From NCBI GenBank assembly GCA_964291235.2, contig OZ219816.1, positions 2,016,001 to 2,080,000 of the forward strand: a stretch of DNA of 64,000 bases, given 5' to 3'. The position numbers and the translations under genes were made by a program. Shown here one piece after another: positions 10,028 through 21,455 of the stretch. Each line of letters starts with the position of its first letter. Position 1 is the first letter of the stretch. This DNA comes from Vicinamibacteria bacterium (GTDB lineage: Bacteria > Acidobacteriota > Vicinamibacteria > Marinacidobacterales > Marinacidobacteraceae). The notes beneath the pieces are model-generated. The model made no database searches. It worked only from the letters and a program-made list of their open reading frames with translations, and was not told where the DNA came from.

Positions 10028-10702
10028 ATGCACCTCCGGCTCCGCTCCCTGCTTCTCTCGGGCGTTCTCCTGACCGCTTCGAACTCTGCCGCCGTCTCTC
10101 CCGGACTCCTGCTTCCCCCGGTCGAGGTCCCACCGGCCGCCCGGAACGAACCGCTGCAGGTCCGGTTTTACGACCCGTACCACCTGCTCTCGACCGAGGC
10201 CGCCGACCTGCTCCAGGGCGAGGTGGTCCGGGCGTTCGAAGCGAGCGAGATCGGGCTCCGTTTCGTCAGCCGGGGCGGTCCGGCAGTGATTCCGGCGACC
10301 CTCTATCCCGAACTGCCCGACCGCTGGGATGTTGCTCCCGAGGCCATCGGAGTCGCGATCGGGGTACAGGGCGAGCGCCGCTCCGTCTTCTTGTCGCTCG
10401 GGGCCGCCGAGCGCGCCCTGGGGCTCCCCCTGGCGGCCCGTACGAAGTGGGAGCGGGGGAAGCGACCGCAACGCCGCAGACCACATGCTGCGCCGCGGCG
10501 CCTCGGGATCGCCCTCGGCCGCGTCCTCGCCCACGAACTCGCCCACACGATCGCACCGGCATGCCCCCATACGAAGAGCGGGCTGATGGCGAGGCGGCTC
10601 AGCCGCCGGATGCTGACGGCGCCGGGAATCGGATTCGACGCCCTCGCCACCCGCCACCTGCGGCTCGCTACGACAGGAACGGACGCTCCCGAATCCGGCT
10701 GA
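10028..10702 (+). CDS. Secreted hypothetical protein with metzincin-like zinc motif
   Basis: ATG 10028 gives a signal-like N-terminus; LAHELAHTIAPACPH followed by GLM (Met-turn-like). Confidence 0.6.
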   Translation: MHLRLRSLLLSGVLLTASNSAAVSPGLLLPPVEVPPAARNEPLQVRFYDPYHLLSTEAADLLQGEVVRAFEASEIGLRFVSRGGPAVIPATLYPELPDRWDVAPEAIGVAIGVQGERRSVFLSLGAAERALGLPLAARTKWERGKRPQRRRPHAAPRRLGIALGRVLAHELAHTIAPACPHTKSGLMARRLSRRMLTAPGIGFDALATRHLRLATTGTDAPESG

Positions 10703-10783
10703 AGCGGAAGTCCTGAGCGCGTAGCGCGAGAGCGGCCCCCGGGGACCGCACCGATGGCCGATCGAGCCGGTTAGAGTTTGCCT

Positions 10784-11995
10784 ATGCGGCTTCCGAGTCC
10801 GCGGCGGCAGCGGATTCTCGTGCTCGCCGGCCTTGGCGCCGGCGCCCTCGGGGTTGCCCTGTTCCAGGGCGCGCTGACCATGCCGGAGCGGGTGGAGTCG
10901 CTCTACACGACCGGTATCTATCCGCTGGTCGTGCGCGGGTTCTCCTTCCTGAGCGGCCTCGTTCCCTTCTCGCTGGCGGAACTGCTCATCGCGGCGGCGG
11001 CCCTGTTCGTCATCGGGCGCCTTACCTGGCGGATGACGGCGCGCTTCCGGCAGGTGTCCCGACCGCGGGAGGCACCAGCCGGGGAACCGCCCTCGGCGCT
11101 CCGCAGGCTCGTGCACGTTGCTGCGCTCCGCCGGCTCGCGCACATCGCCGCCTTCGCACTCGCCGTGTCCGGCGCCCTCTATCTGGTCTTCGTCGCGGTC
11201 TGGGGGTTGAACTACGCCCGTCCCCGCCTCGAACACCGGCTCGATCTCCCGACGGGACAAGTCGAGGAATCCGAACTCATCCGGTTGGCCACCCGGGTCG
11301 CTGCCGACACGACCCGCCTCCATCGGATCGCCCGCCTTCCAACCCATGCGGTGTCCGCGAACCCCCTCGATTTCGCAACGCTCAGCAGCGCCATCGACGA
11401 GGCGTACGACGAGCTGGAGCTTCCCGGCGATCCCGGCCCGGGAGGATTGAGCCCGGTCAAACCGGCGGTCTTCTCCGGACTCATGTCCCGGCTCGGCATC
11501 AGCGGCATCTTCGTTCCCTTCACCGGGGAGCCCACCGTCAACACCGGCCCGCCGGACGTGGCCGTCGCGTTCACGGCCGCCCACGAGAAAGCGCACCAGC
11601 GCGCCATCACCCACGAAGGCGAGGCCAGTTTCGCCGCCTACCTGGCGCTCTCCCGGCAGCGGCGGCATCCCTATCTCTCCTATGCCGCTTCCTTCTTCGC
11701 CGCCCGCCACCTGCTGGCGGCCGTGCGTCACGTGGACACGGAGGACCGGGATCGCGCCTGGGCCGCGCTTGGGCCCGGACCCCGGCGCGACCTCGACGCG
11801 CTCAACGCCTTTTGGGCCCAACACCGGGGCATGGTCCGCGGCGCCGCAAGGCGGGTGAATGACTCCTACCTGCGCACGATGCGGATCCCCGATGGCGCCC
11901 GCAGTTACGGCACCGTGGTGCGGCTGCTCATCGCCGACCTGCGCCGGCGCCCCGCGCCGCCGCCGGCCGTCACGACCGACGACAGCGAGGGCTGA
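10784..11995 (+). CDS. DUF3810-like membrane-anchored putative zinc peptidase
   Basis: N-terminal TM helices, WGLNYAR, GIFVPFTGE, AHEKAHQ...EGEASF, VNDSYL. Confidence 0.8.
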   Translation: MRLPSPRRQRILVLAGLGAGALGVALFQGALTMPERVESLYTTGIYPLVVRGFSFLSGLVPFSLAELLIAAAALFVIGRLTWRMTARFRQVSRPREAPAGEPPSALRRLVHVAALRRLAHIAAFALAVSGALYLVFVAVWGLNYARPRLEHRLDLPTGQVEESELIRLATRVAADTTRLHRIARLPTHAVSANPLDFATLSSAIDEAYDELELPGDPGPGGLSPVKPAVFSGLMSRLGISGIFVPFTGEPTVNTGPPDVAVAFTAAHEKAHQRAITHEGEASFAAYLALSRQRRHPYLSYAASFFAARHLLAAVRHVDTEDRDRAWAALGPGPRRDLDALNAFWAQHRGMVRGAARRVNDSYLRTMRIPDGARSYGTVVRLLIADLRRRPAPPPAVTTDDSEG

Positions 11996-12089
11996 AACCG
12001 AGCGAACTGCACCGTAGTTTCGGCGTCACGGCTCAGGGCCAGGTGACGGGGAAACCTGGCGAACGGAGTTCCGCTCGCATCGCGGGCGA

Positions 12090-12115
12090 TGCCGCTCTTG
12101 AAGAGCGGTGCTCCC
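12090..12115. repeat. REP-like palindrome between convergent genes
   Basis: CCGCTCT-TGA-AGAGCGG hairpin; minus strand reads GGGAGCACCG...CGGCA, the same frame as the palindrome at 26654-26688. Confidence 0.5.
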
Positions 12116-12121
12116 GGCGCG

Positions 12122-13612
12122 CTATTCCTCCGCGGCCCCGCAGAACCGCGCCGCGGTTTCAAAAAGCGTCCGCACGCTGAAGCCGGTGGCGCCCTTCGGG
12201 TAGTACTTCCAGGGCTTTTCCACGATGAACGGCCCGGCGATGTCGAGATGGGCCCACTTCGCGCCTTCCGGCACGAATTCCTGCAAGAAGAGCGCCGCGG
12301 TGATCGTGCCGGCGTTGATGCCGCCGATGTTCTTGAGGTCGGCGGAGTCACAGCGCAGTTCCTCGGCGTACTCCTTCACGAGCGGCAGCTCCCAGAACAC
12401 CTCGCCGTGCGGAGCGCCCGCCTCGATGACGGCGCGTACCCATTCGGCGTCGTTCCCCATCACCCCGGCAACTCCGGTGCCGAGCGCCCGCACGGCGGCC
12501 CCGGTCAGGGTGGCGACGTCCACGATGTGCGTCGCACCTTCTTCACCGGCGCGGGCCAGCGCGTCGGTCAGGACCAGCCGGCCTTCGGCATCGGTGTTGT
12601 CCACCATGACGTGTTTGCCGTTCCGGGCGCGGAAGATGTCTCCCGGCCGGGTCGCCGACGGCCCCGGGTAGTTCTCCGCCGTCGCCACGATCCCCGTGAC
12701 GGTCGCCGGAACCCCCGCGCGCGCCACCGCCGACATCGCCGCGAGCACGGCCGCGGCTCCCGACATGTCGCCCTTCATGGTCCACATTCCGGAAGGCGGC
12801 TTCAGCGATATCCCGCCGGTGTCGAAGGTAATGCCCTTGCCCACGAGAGCAAGGTGATCTCCATTCTCCGCTCCCGGCGGGCGGTGACGGAGCACGATGA
12901 GTCGCGGAGGCCGGTCGCTCCCCTGCCCCACGGAAATCAGGCCCGGGTACCCCTGTTCCCGGAGCGCCTTCTCATTCCAGACCTGGACCTCCAGCCCGGT
13001 GTCCGCCGCGATGCGATGGGCTTCGCGCGCCAGGATCTCCGGAGTCACCGCTTCGGCGGGCTCGTTGATGAGGTCCCGCGCGCGATTCACTTCCGAAGCC
13101 AGCCGCAGCGCCCGTTGCACTTCGTCCCGAACCTCCTCAAGCGCCTCTTCAGCCACCACGATGCGCACCACGGGCGACGCGGGATCTCCGGGATCCTTGA
13201 AATAGCGCGTGAAGCGGTACGCCCCCAGCGTCGCTCCTTCCGCCACCGCGCCCGCGAAGCGGGGCCCGTCGGCGCCCTGGAGGGAGAAGATCAGTTCCCG
13301 ATGATGGAAGTCGCGGGCGTGCCTGAGAGCCCGGGCCGCCAGGATGCGGATTCCGTCGGAGACCGGATAGTTGCTCGTCCCCCGGGTGTGGAGGGCGAGC
13401 GTGGATGCGCTCCGCGGGCCCCCGTGACCCGCGATCGCCCGCTTCACCTTCGCGTCGGTGAAGATCCGGCGGGCGTTGGACACGGCGTCGTTTTCCCACC
13501 CCGACCGCGGGGCGGCGAGTTCGAGGCCGTCGTCGAGCAGGTAGGCGACCAGCGAGCCGCCCCGGGCGGAGACGTCCGCCGAAACCTGAACCTTCGGTGT
13601 TTCAGTCTTCAT
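12122..13612 (-). CDS. pepA: Leucyl (cytosol) aminopeptidase, M17 family
   Basis: [34 protein letters not shown]. Confidence 0.95.
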   Translation of the reverse strand: MKTETPKVQVSADVSARGGSLVAYLLDDGLELAAPRSGWENDAVSNARRIFTDAKVKRAIAGHGGPRSASTLALHTRGTSNYPVSDGIRILAARALRHARDFHHRELIFSLQGADGPRFAGAVAEGATLGAYRFTRYFKDPGDPASPVVRIVVAEEALEEVRDEVQRALRLASEVNRARDLINEPAEAVTPEILAREAHRIAADTGLEVQVWNEKALREQGYPGLISVGQGSDRPPRLIVLRHRPPGAENGDHLALVGKGITFDTGGISLKPPSGMWTMKGDMSGAAAVLAAMSAVARAGVPATVTGIVATAENYPGPSATRPGDIFRARNGKHVMVDNTDAEGRLVLTDALARAGEEGATHIVDVATLTGAAVRALGTGVAGVMGNDAEWVRAVIEAGAPHGEVFWELPLVKEYAEELRCDSADLKNIGGINAGTITAALFLQEFVPEGAKWAHLDIAGPFIVEKPWKYYPKGATGFSVRTLFETAARFCGAAEE

Positions 13613-15551
13613 CGCCGTAGTCCTCTCTTAGTTTTTGCACCACCGCCGGATCCGCCAGCGTGGTGGTATCGCCGATCGCCTTGCCCGCCGCGATGTCCCG
13701 GAGCAGGCGCCGCATGATCTTCCCGGACCGGGTCTTGGGGACGTCCGCGGCCAGCACGATGTCGTCGGGGCGGGCGATGGGACCGATCGCTTCCGCAACG
13801 TGCGCCTTCAGTTCGGCGACGAGCCCGGCGTGGGATGCGGCGCTCTCCTTGAGGACGACGAACGCGGCGATTCCCTCTCCCTTGATCTCGTGCGGCCGGC
13901 CGACGACCGCGGCCTCGGCAACGGCCTCGTGTTCGACCAGCGCGCTCTCGACTTCTGCCGCCCCGAGCCGGTGGCCGGAGACGTTCAGGACGTCGTCCAC
14001 CCGCCCCATGACCCAGAAGTAGCCCTCTTCGTCGCGCCGGGCGCCGTCCGCCGGGAAGTAGATGTCCTTCCATTGGCTCCAGTAGGTCTGCCGGAAGCGT
14101 TCTTCATCGCCCCAGATGCCGCGCAGCATGGAGGGCCAGGGCCGGGTGATGGCGAGCAGCCCCCCGCCCACTTCGACCCGCTCTCCCCGCCGGTCGAAGA
14201 TGTCGAGGGATATCCCGGGGAAGGCGTGCGTCGCGGACCCGGGCTTCAGAGTGGTCACCCCCGGGAGCGGAGTCGCCATGATCGCGCCGGTCTCCGTCTG
14301 CCACCAGGTGTCCACGACGGGGCAGCGTCCACCCCCGATCTCCCGGTGGTACCAGACCCAGGCTTCGGGGTTGATGGGCTCTCCCACCGTTCCCAGCAGG
14401 CGCAACGAGGTGAGGTCGTGCGAGGACGGGTGCTCCGTTCCCCACTTCATGAAGGCGCGGATGGCCGTCGGCGCGGTGTAGAGGCAGGTCACCCCGTAGC
14501 GCTCCACGATGGACCAGATCCGGGCGCGGTTCGGAAAGTCGGGCGCCCCCTCGTACATGACCTGGGTGACCCCGAGTGCGAGCGGTCCGTAAACGATGTA
14601 GGAGTGGCCCGTCACCCAGCCGATGTCGGCCGCCGCCCACCAGACATCCGAGTCCTTCAGGTCGAAGACCGCCCGGGCGGTAGCGGTGGCCTGGGTGAGA
14701 TAGCCGCCGGTGGTATGCACGATCCCCTTGGGCTTTCCGGTGGTGCCCGAGGTGTAGAGGATGTAGAGGATGTCCTCGGAGTCCATCTCCTCCGGCTCGG
14801 CGGTGTCGGCGGCTCCCGCCATGAGTTCCGCCCAGACGTGGTCCCGGCCGGCCACCATGGCCACGTCCTCGCCGGTGCGGCGCACCATGACCACGCCGGT
14901 GATCGAAGGGGTGTCCCGAACCGCCTCGTCGGAAATCGCCTTCAACGGCACGATGCCGCCGCGCCGGTGGCCGCCGTCGGCGGTAATCAGCACCTTGGCC
15001 TCGGCGTCGTTGATGCGGTCCCGGAGCGACTGGGCCGAAAACCCGGCGAAGACCACGCTGTGGGGCGCTCCGATCCGGGCGCAGGCGAGCATGGCGACCG
15101 GCAGTTCCGGAATCATGGGCAGGTAGATCGCCACCCGGTCGCCCTTCTTCACTCCGAGCCCCCGGAGTACGTTCGTGAAGCGGCAGACCTCGCGGTGGAG
15201 GTCGGCGTAGGTCAGGGTCCTGGTGTCTCCAGGCTCGCCCTCCCAGAGGATCGCCGGCCGGTCCCCGCGCCCGTTCGCCAGGTGCCGGTCCAGGCAGTTG
15301 ACGCTGGCGTTCAGTTTTCCGCCGACGAACCAGCGCGCGAAGGGCGGCTTCCAGTCCAGAACCTGGTCCCAGCGCCGGCTCCAGTCGAGGCTCTCCGCCT
15401 GGGCGGCCCAAAACGCTTCCGGATCGGCCTCCGCTTCCCGGTAGATGGAATCGTCCCGGACCCACGCCCGCTCCCGGAATTCCTCCGGAGGCGGGTAGGC
15501 GCGCTGCTCGTCGAGCAGGACTTCGATTTCCTGTTGGGGTCGCTCGGCCAT
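13602..15551 (-). CDS. acs: Acetyl-CoA synthetase
   Basis: [31 protein letters not shown]. Confidence 0.97.
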   Translation of the reverse strand: MAERPQQEIEVLLDEQRAYPPPEEFRERAWVRDDSIYREAEADPEAFWAAQAESLDWSRRWDQVLDWKPPFARWFVGGKLNASVNCLDRHLANGRGDRPAILWEGEPGDTRTLTYADLHREVCRFTNVLRGLGVKKGDRVAIYLPMIPELPVAMLACARIGAPHSVVFAGFSAQSLRDRINDAEAKVLITADGGHRRGGIVPLKAISDEAVRDTPSITGVVMVRRTGEDVAMVAGRDHVWAELMAGAADTAEPEEMDSEDILYILYTSGTTGKPKGIVHTTGGYLTQATATARAVFDLKDSDVWWAAADIGWVTGHSYIVYGPLALGVTQVMYEGAPDFPNRARIWSIVERYGVTCLYTAPTAIRAFMKWGTEHPSSHDLTSLRLLGTVGEPINPEAWVWYHREIGGGRCPVVDTWWQTETGAIMATPLPGVTTLKPGSATHAFPGISLDIFDRRGERVEVGGGLLAITRPWPSMLRGIWGDEERFRQTYWSQWKDIYFPADGARRDEEGYFWVMGRVDDVLNVSGHRLGAAEVESALVEHEAVAEAAVVGRPHEIKGEGIAAFVVLKESAASHAGLVAELKAHVAEAIGPIARPDDIVLAADVPKTRSGKIMRRLLRDIAAGKAIGDTTTLADPAVVQKLREDYGDED

Positions 15552-15645
15552 CGGGCGATTGTAGTGAGGAGCCCCCGCCGCAAGACCGGCATGAACGCCC
15601 GGCGACAGGCCCCGGGGCGACGTGATCCGGTTCGGAGGCTGGCTG

Positions 15646-17187
15646 TTAGAAGAGGGTCTGGCGGACGCGGCGCCGCAGCGAGTGGGCGGGGCCGAGGAGA
15701 AGGACCGCCACGGTGATGATTTCGAGACGGCCCGCGATCATCAGGGCGGCAAGCAGGAGCTTGGCCGGCGCGGGGAGGTACGCGTAGCTGGCCGCCGGAC
15801 CGACGGCCCCGAGTCCGGGGCCGACGTTCGTTACCGCGGCGGCGGAGGCGCTGAAGGCGGTCAGCAGATCCACCCCCATCGCGGAGATGGCCAGGGCCCC
15901 GGCGACTGCGAGCCCGACGAACAGCAGCACGACCTCGCCGATCGTCGCGCTGAGCGACGAGGCAACCGGCCGGCGGCCGATATGGACACGCAACTCGGTG
16001 TGGGGCTGGGTGTGCACCCGCAGCGCGAGCGGCACCTTGCGGAACAGGATCACCCAGCGGAGGATCTTGATGGAACCGGCCGTCGAGCCCGCGCAGCCGC
16101 CTGCGAACATGAGAACCAGCACGAGCATTCTCGAAAAGTCCGGCCACTGGTTGTAGTCGGTGACGGCATACCCCGTCGTGGTGATGATCGCCACCGCCGT
16201 GAACACCGCCTCACGCAGACTGTCCCCCGTTCCCTGCCCCGCGAGGTGGACACTGAGGAACAGGAGGCCGGCGCTGACCGCGACGACCCCGATGTAGAGG
16301 CGCAGTTCCGGATCCGAGAAGTAGCTGGCGGCCGGCGCCGCGGGCACCCGCTTCCAGGGACGACCCCGGAGGCGTCGCCAGACCCGGGCGAGGCCGGCGA
16401 AAAGACGCCTCACTTCGTAGATGTGGATGGCGAACCGCATGCCGCCGATCACCATGAACGCGATGATGACCCACTGCACGATCGGCTCGAAGGCGCCCAC
16501 ACTCTCGTTCCGAGGGGAGAAGCCGCCGGTCGCCAGGGTGGTGAACGCGTGGCAGACCGCGTCGAACGCGGGGACGTCGAGGAACAGCAGGATCCCGACG
16601 AGGATCGCGGTGAGCACCGTCCCGACGATCACCGTGTCGCGAGCCGTCTCGGTGATCTTGGGTTCGGTCTTTTCCGGAGTGGGGCCGGGCGCCTCGGCGG
16701 TCAGGACGTCCACCCCCCACTGGCGGCGGCCGAGCAGCCAGACGAAGATGATGATGATCCCCAGCCCGCCGAGCCACTGGGTCATCGCCCGCCAGAGCAG
16801 CAGGGAGCGCGGGAGCGACTCCACATCGGGAAAGATGGTCGCCCCGGTCGTGGAAAAGCCGGAGGCTGATTCGAACAGCCCGTTCACGGCGAACCCGAGG
16901 CCGAACTCTGCGACGTACGGCAGGGCTCCGAAAACGGTGGCGAGGCACCACGCCAGCACCACGAAGCGATAGGCGCGGCCGCCGCCCGCGGAGGGACCGG
17001 TGCCGGCGGCCAGCGGGGCGAATCGGCGGCCGAGCAGACCGATTCCGAGTCCCAGCGCCGCCGGAACGGCGAAGGCCAACCAGGCCGGCTCCCCAAGGGC
17101 CAGCGCGACGGCCAGCGGAATGAACAGCGCCACCCCCAGCACCTCCGCCATCCGGCCCAGCAGGGCGATGGTCTCGGCGCGGGTCAT
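15646..17187 (-). CDS. trkH: Trk potassium uptake membrane protein
   Basis: [43 protein letters not shown]; ATG at 17187. Confidence 0.93.
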   Translation of the reverse strand: MTRAETIALLGRMAEVLGVALFIPLAVALALGEPAWLAFAVPAALGLGIGLLGRRFAPLAAGTGPSAGGGRAYRFVVLAWCLATVFGALPYVAEFGLGFAVNGLFESASGFSTTGATIFPDVESLPRSLLLWRAMTQWLGGLGIIIIFVWLLGRRQWGVDVLTAEAPGPTPEKTEPKITETARDTVIVGTVLTAILVGILLFLDVPAFDAVCHAFTTLATGGFSPRNESVGAFEPIVQWVIIAFMVIGGMRFAIHIYEVRRLFAGLARVWRRLRGRPWKRVPAAPAASYFSDPELRLYIGVVAVSAGLLFLSVHLAGQGTGDSLREAVFTAVAIITTTGYAVTDYNQWPDFSRMLVLVLMFAGGCAGSTAGSIKILRWVILFRKVPLALRVHTQPHTELRVHIGRRPVASSLSATIGEVVLLFVGLAVAGALAISAMGVDLLTAFSASAAAVTNVGPGLGAVGPAASYAYLPAPAKLLLAALMIAGRLEIITVAVLLLGPAHSLRRRVRQTLF

Positions 17188-17219
17188 GGGTGTGGGAGCG
17201 GCTCCGGGCGCGACGGAAA

Positions 17220-18593
17220 CTAGGTGCTGCGGGCGAACAGGTCCTCGAGTTCGCAAAGTAGCGAATCGGGCTCGCCCGACGTGCCGACGGCGTCCTGTCC
17301 CATGAACAGGGCCACCCGGTCGCCGGCAACGAAGCGGGTGTCGCCGTTCGGGACGAAGGGCGCCGACGGGGCGCGGACCACCTCGCCGACGATGCAGGTG
17401 TGCGGGACGTGGAGGGCGCGGAGTGGCGCCCGGGTCGCCGGGCTGCCTTCGGCAACCTCGATCTCCACGAGTTCCCCACCGCCCTCCACGAAATCGAGGC
17501 GGACCATGGCGCGGCCATGCAGAAGCTTCATGAGAGCTCCCGCGGAGACCTCTCCCGGAGAAATCGGATAGTCCACCCCGAGATCCTCCATGGCCTCGTG
17601 GAGATCGTCCCGGTTGTGAAGGGCCACGGTGCGCCGGGCGCCGGCTTTCTTCGCCAGGTGGGCCGCCATCAGGTTCACCTCGTCGGCATCCGTCGCGGCC
17701 ACGAAGAAGTCCGCATCGCCTACCTCGGCTTCCTGGAGAATGTCCTCGTCGGTCGCATCGCCCACGATGGTGTGGGCGGCCAGCGGGAACCCCGAGGTCG
17801 GATGCCGGCGGATGGCGGTGAGGTCCACGCCGTCGTCGAGCAGGAGTTCTCCCAGCCGGTGGCCAACCTGTCCCAGACCCGCAACCACCACGCGCCGGGC
17901 CGGCCGCTGGTCCACGCCGATCGCCTTCAGGAAGTTCCGCGCCTCGTTGGCCGGCCCCACCGCGAAGACCTCGTCGCCCTCCCGGACCTGAGCCCGGCCG
18001 CGCGGGATCTCGAGTGGTCCGCCGCCCTTGCGGAGAATCCCGGTAAGGATCCAGCCGCGCGGCCCGGTGTCGATCTCCTCGAGCGGCCGGTCGAACGGCG
18101 CCGGCGGCTGGGGCGCGGCGCGCAGCAGCACGAGCACCCCGTCTCCGAAGGAGCGGACCGACTGCGCACCCGGATAGCGCAGGATGCCGAGGATCTCTTT
18201 AGCGACCAGCTCCTCCGGGAAAATGGTCTCGATCGCCCGTGGCCGGCCCTGCTCGGCCAGCAGCGGATTCTCCCGGTGCCGCTGGTCGCTCAGGCGGACC
18301 ACCGCGCGCTGTACCCCGATCGCCGGATCGGTGGCCGTCAGGGCGGCGAGCATGTTCGTGGCGTCGTCGTTGGTGAGCGCAAACAACACGTCGGCGCCCG
18401 CGCAGTTCTGGGTGAGGATCGCCGGGACCCGGGCATCACCCTCGGCAATCGCGATGTCGTACTTCCGCTGCAGATGGATCCGGGTGTCGGAATCCCGCTC
18501 CACGAGGGTGATGTCGTGGTGCTCCGGGAGCTGGCTCAACTGCCGGATCAGGTGTTCCCCCATCCGGCCCGCACCCAGGACTGCGAGATGCAT
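17220..18593 (-). CDS. trkA: Trk potassium uptake NAD-binding regulatory protein (two RCK_N/RCK_C pairs)
   Basis: GAGRMG and AGLGQVG Rossmann motifs, 457 aa, immediately upstream of trkH. Confidence 0.9.
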   Translation of the reverse strand: MHLAVLGAGRMGEHLIRQLSQLPEHHDITLVERDSDTRIHLQRKYDIAIAEGDARVPAILTQNCAGADVLFALTNDDATNMLAALTATDPAIGVQRAVVRLSDQRHRENPLLAEQGRPRAIETIFPEELVAKEILGILRYPGAQSVRSFGDGVLVLLRAAPQPPAPFDRPLEEIDTGPRGWILTGILRKGGGPLEIPRGRAQVREGDEVFAVGPANEARNFLKAIGVDQRPARRVVVAGLGQVGHRLGELLLDDGVDLTAIRRHPTSGFPLAAHTIVGDATDEDILQEAEVGDADFFVAATDADEVNLMAAHLAKKAGARRTVALHNRDDLHEAMEDLGVDYPISPGEVSAGALMKLLHGRAMVRLDFVEGGGELVEIEVAEGSPATRAPLRALHVPHTCIVGEVVRAPSAPFVPNGDTRFVAGDRVALFMGQDAVGTSGEPDSLLCELEDLFARST

Positions 18594-18694
18594 GAAAGAT
18601 CCTCCCCCGGGGCCCGCGGCGCGGAGAAACTACCCTAAACGGCCTGTGAACGAAATGAGGCGCCCCCGTTCCTCCGGTTCGGGCTACTGACCGC

Positions 18695-19756
18695 GTGTCC
18701 GAGGAAAGGCTGCCCGAGGGGAAGGTCCCGCCCCGCCTGTTGCGGGAGTTGCTCGAGCGACTCGGGGACGGCGCCGGGCTCGAAATCGGCCCCGCGACCG
18801 GTGAGGATGCCGCGGTAGCACTCGCCGGCAGCGAGCCGCGGCTGGTGCTCGCCGCGGATCCGATCACGTTTCCGGCGGCTGATCCGGGCTGGCACGCGGT
18901 GATCGTGAATGCCAACGACGTGGCCGCCACCGGTGGTGAGTCGCGCTGGTTCCTCTCCTCGGTGCTCCTCCCTCCCGGAACGGGCGAAGCCCAGCTGGCG
19001 GGGATCGCCGAGGGGATCCGCCGCGGGTGTGAGGAAGTGGGCGCGGTTCCGGCGGGCGGTCACACCGAGATCACCGCGGCGGTCCGGCGCCCGGTGGTCG
19101 CCGGCACGATGGTGGGCACCGCGACGCCCGAGCGGATCAAACCGAGCGGGGGCGCCCGGGAAGGCGACATGCTCGTCATCACCAAGGGAATCGCCATCGA
19201 GGCCACCGCGATCCTCGCCACCGACCGGGCCGAAGACGTCGGGCGAACCTTCGGAGCGGACTTCCAGCGGCGCGCCGCCACGTTCCTGCGCGATCCGGGG
19301 ATCAGCGTCGTCGACGAAGCCCGGATCGCTGCCGGCCTGCTCGAAGTGCACGCGATGCACGACGTCACCGAAGGGGGGATCGCCGCCGCGGTCCGGGAGA
19401 TGGCCGACGCCGCGGAACTTGGGGCCGCCCTCGCGGAGGCCGAGATTCCCCGCTACTACGAGGCGAAACGGCTAATGCAGCACTTCGGCCTCGACATTCT
19501 GGGCGCCATCGGTTCGGGCGCCCTCCTGATCGCCTGCGGCGAACCGGGGACCGGGGAACTGCTGGAGCGCTTCGAAAAAGCCGGGATTCCCGCGTTCGTC
19601 ATCGGGCGCTTCCTGCGGCGCTCCGCCGGGATGCAACTGCTGCGGGGATCCGTACGCCGCGATCTGCCCGTCTTCGAAGTGGACGAGCTGGCCCGGCTCG
19701 GAGCGGACGGACGCGACGGACTCGCGAAGAGCGGGCGTCAGCGTCCTCGCGCCTAG
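18695..19756 (+). CDS. AIR synthase-related (PurM/HypE/ThiL fold) protein
   Basis: GEDAAV, DPITF, VNANDVA, GGHTE, MHDVTEGG. Confidence 0.85.
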   Translation: MSEERLPEGKVPPRLLRELLERLGDGAGLEIGPATGEDAAVALAGSEPRLVLAADPITFPAADPGWHAVIVNANDVAATGGESRWFLSSVLLPPGTGEAQLAGIAEGIRRGCEEVGAVPAGGHTEITAAVRRPVVAGTMVGTATPERIKPSGGAREGDMLVITKGIAIEATAILATDRAEDVGRTFGADFQRRAATFLRDPGISVVDEARIAAGLLEVHAMHDVTEGGIAAAVREMADAAELGAALAEAEIPRYYEAKRLMQHFGLDILGAIGSGALLIACGEPGTGELLERFEKAGIPAFVIGRFLRRSAGMQLLRGSVRRDLPVFEVDELARLGADGRDGLAKSGRQRPRA

Positions 19757-19757
19757 A

Positions 19758-20219
19758 ATGCACCGGATGCCGCGTCCCCGCGCCCGGAGCGCCAACGCGT
19801 TCGGACTGCTGCTTTTGGCCGGACTCCTCATCACCGGTTGCAACTCGGGGACCACGCCCGGGTTCCCCGTTCCCGACTTCCAGGTTGCGCTCGACAACCC
19901 GTTCCCGCTTCGGCTGGGTGATCTCGGCTACGTTCAGGCCCCGGACGGCTTCTTGTATCTGAGCATCCAGTCGGTGGGCATCGACACTCGTTGCCCACCG
20001 GATTCCACCTGCGATGAACCCGGTTTCCTGGAAGTGTTCATGGAGCTTGAGACCGCCGAATCCCAGGGGTCGTCGGCAATGCAGATTCCGCCCGCGGGGG
20101 ATGGGGTCATCACCTATCGGGGTTTCGAGATCCGGGCCCACGAGGTGCAGCCTCCCGGCCGGGCGGGCCGGATCCCGCCCACCGATTACATCCTTCTGAT
20201 GTCGGTCACGCGGCGGTAG
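19758..20219 (+). CDS. Hypothetical lipoprotein
   Basis: Lipobox LITGC after a hydrophobic stretch; DTRCPPDSTC motif. Confidence 0.7.
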   Translation: MHRMPRPRARSANAFGLLLLAGLLITGCNSGTTPGFPVPDFQVALDNPFPLRLGDLGYVQAPDGFLYLSIQSVGIDTRCPPDSTCDEPGFLEVFMELETAESQGSSAMQIPPAGDGVITYRGFEIRAHEVQPPGRAGRIPPTDYILLMSVTRR

Positions 20220-20364
20220 CAGCCTGTGGCAAGACCCCCACAGCCCAGTCCTCCCGGTGGGGGTCTCGGCGCTCACGGGAGTCTCACCACAGGACTGCCA
20301 GGCGAGCACCGGCCGTTCGGAACCTAGAATCCCGGCTTCGCCGAGCGCGGAAACGGAGGAATTC

Positions 20365-21447
20365 ATGCGTTACTTCAAGGACATCCTGACAATCACCGGA
20401 GCGGCGGTGCTGGTCGGATCCGCCGCGTGCGGCGGAAGCGAAATGGAGGAGCCTGCGGAACCGCAGGAAATGGTTTCGGAGCACGACGACTTCCCCAACC
20501 CCTTCACCGCCGAAGCGATGTGGGGCGACCTGCCCGGCGATCGCACCTGGGGTGCGGTCAGCGCCATCTATCCGGCCGCCGACGGCAACCTGTGGGCGGC
20601 GGAGCGGTGCGGGGCCAACTTCTGCGGCGACCGGCCGGACGTGGACACCGTCGTCCTCTTCAGCCCCGAGGGTGAAGCGCTGCAGAGTTTCGGCGCCGGC
20701 CTCATCGCCTGGCCCCACGGGATGTTCGTGGACCATGAAGGCAACGTCTGGGTCACCGACGCGAAGGGCTTCGTTCCCGACGAGCGGGTGCCGGAAGGCC
20801 TCGGCCACTTCGTCATCAAGTTCAGCCCCGAAGGCGAGGTGCTGATGCGGCTCGGCGAGCCCGGGATGGCGGGAGACGCGGACGGACAGTTCAACATGCC
20901 CTCCGATGTGCTCGTGACGCCGGACGGCGTCATCTTCGTAGCCGACGGCCACAACGCTTCGGGGAACAACCGGATCGTCAAGTTCTCGGCGGACGGGGAG
21001 TTCCTGATGAGCTTCGGGGAGACGGGAACCGGCCCCGGTCAGTTCCGGGATCCGCACGCCCTGGCGCTCGATTCGATGGGCCGTCTCTTCGTGGGTGACC
21101 GGGCCAACAACCGCATCCAGCTCTTCGACCAGGAAGGCAACTTCATCGAGGAGTGGCTGCAGTTCGGGCGGCCGAGCGGCGTCTTCATCACCGCCGACGA
21201 CACGATCTATGTCGCGGATTCCGAGTCCACCTCGGAAGCGAACCCGGGCTTCGGCCGGGGCATCCGGGTCGGGAGCGCCGTTGACGGCACGGTCCACTAC
21301 TACCTGCCGGACGACGTGTCGGATCTCGAGCCCGGCGCGGAACCCGTCACCAGCGGACCGGAAGGCATCGCGGTGGACGCGATGGGGAACGTCTATGGGG
21401 GCGAGGTCCGCCAACAGATGGTCCGAAAGTTCACGCGGAGCGAGTAG
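20365..21447 (+). CDS. NHL-repeat beta-propeller lipoprotein (peptidyl-alpha-hydroxyglycine alpha-amidating lyase-like)
   Basis: GGAGG RBS before ATG 20365; SAAC lipobox; WPHG..VWVTD, FNMPSDV..FVADGH, GQFRDPH..FVGDRANNRIQ. Confidence 0.85.
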   Translation: MRYFKDILTITGAAVLVGSAACGGSEMEEPAEPQEMVSEHDDFPNPFTAEAMWGDLPGDRTWGAVSAIYPAADGNLWAAERCGANFCGDRPDVDTVVLFSPEGEALQSFGAGLIAWPHGMFVDHEGNVWVTDAKGFVPDERVPEGLGHFVIKFSPEGEVLMRLGEPGMAGDADGQFNMPSDVLVTPDGVIFVADGHNASGNNRIVKFSADGEFLMSFGETGTGPGQFRDPHALALDSMGRLFVGDRANNRIQLFDQEGNFIEEWLQFGRPSGVFITADDTIYVADSESTSEANPGFGRGIRVGSAVDGTVHYYLPDDVSDLEPGAEPVTSGPEGIAVDAMGNVYGGEVRQQMVRKFTRSE

Positions 21448-21455
21448 CCGGCGGC

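Noticed and set aside
13635-15716. Long antisense/alternate-frame ORFs (also 9881-11824, 26738-28420, 45616-47868, 52067-54061, 55195-57210)
   Set aside because: Arg/Pro/Gly-rich shadows of real genes, as expected at this GC content
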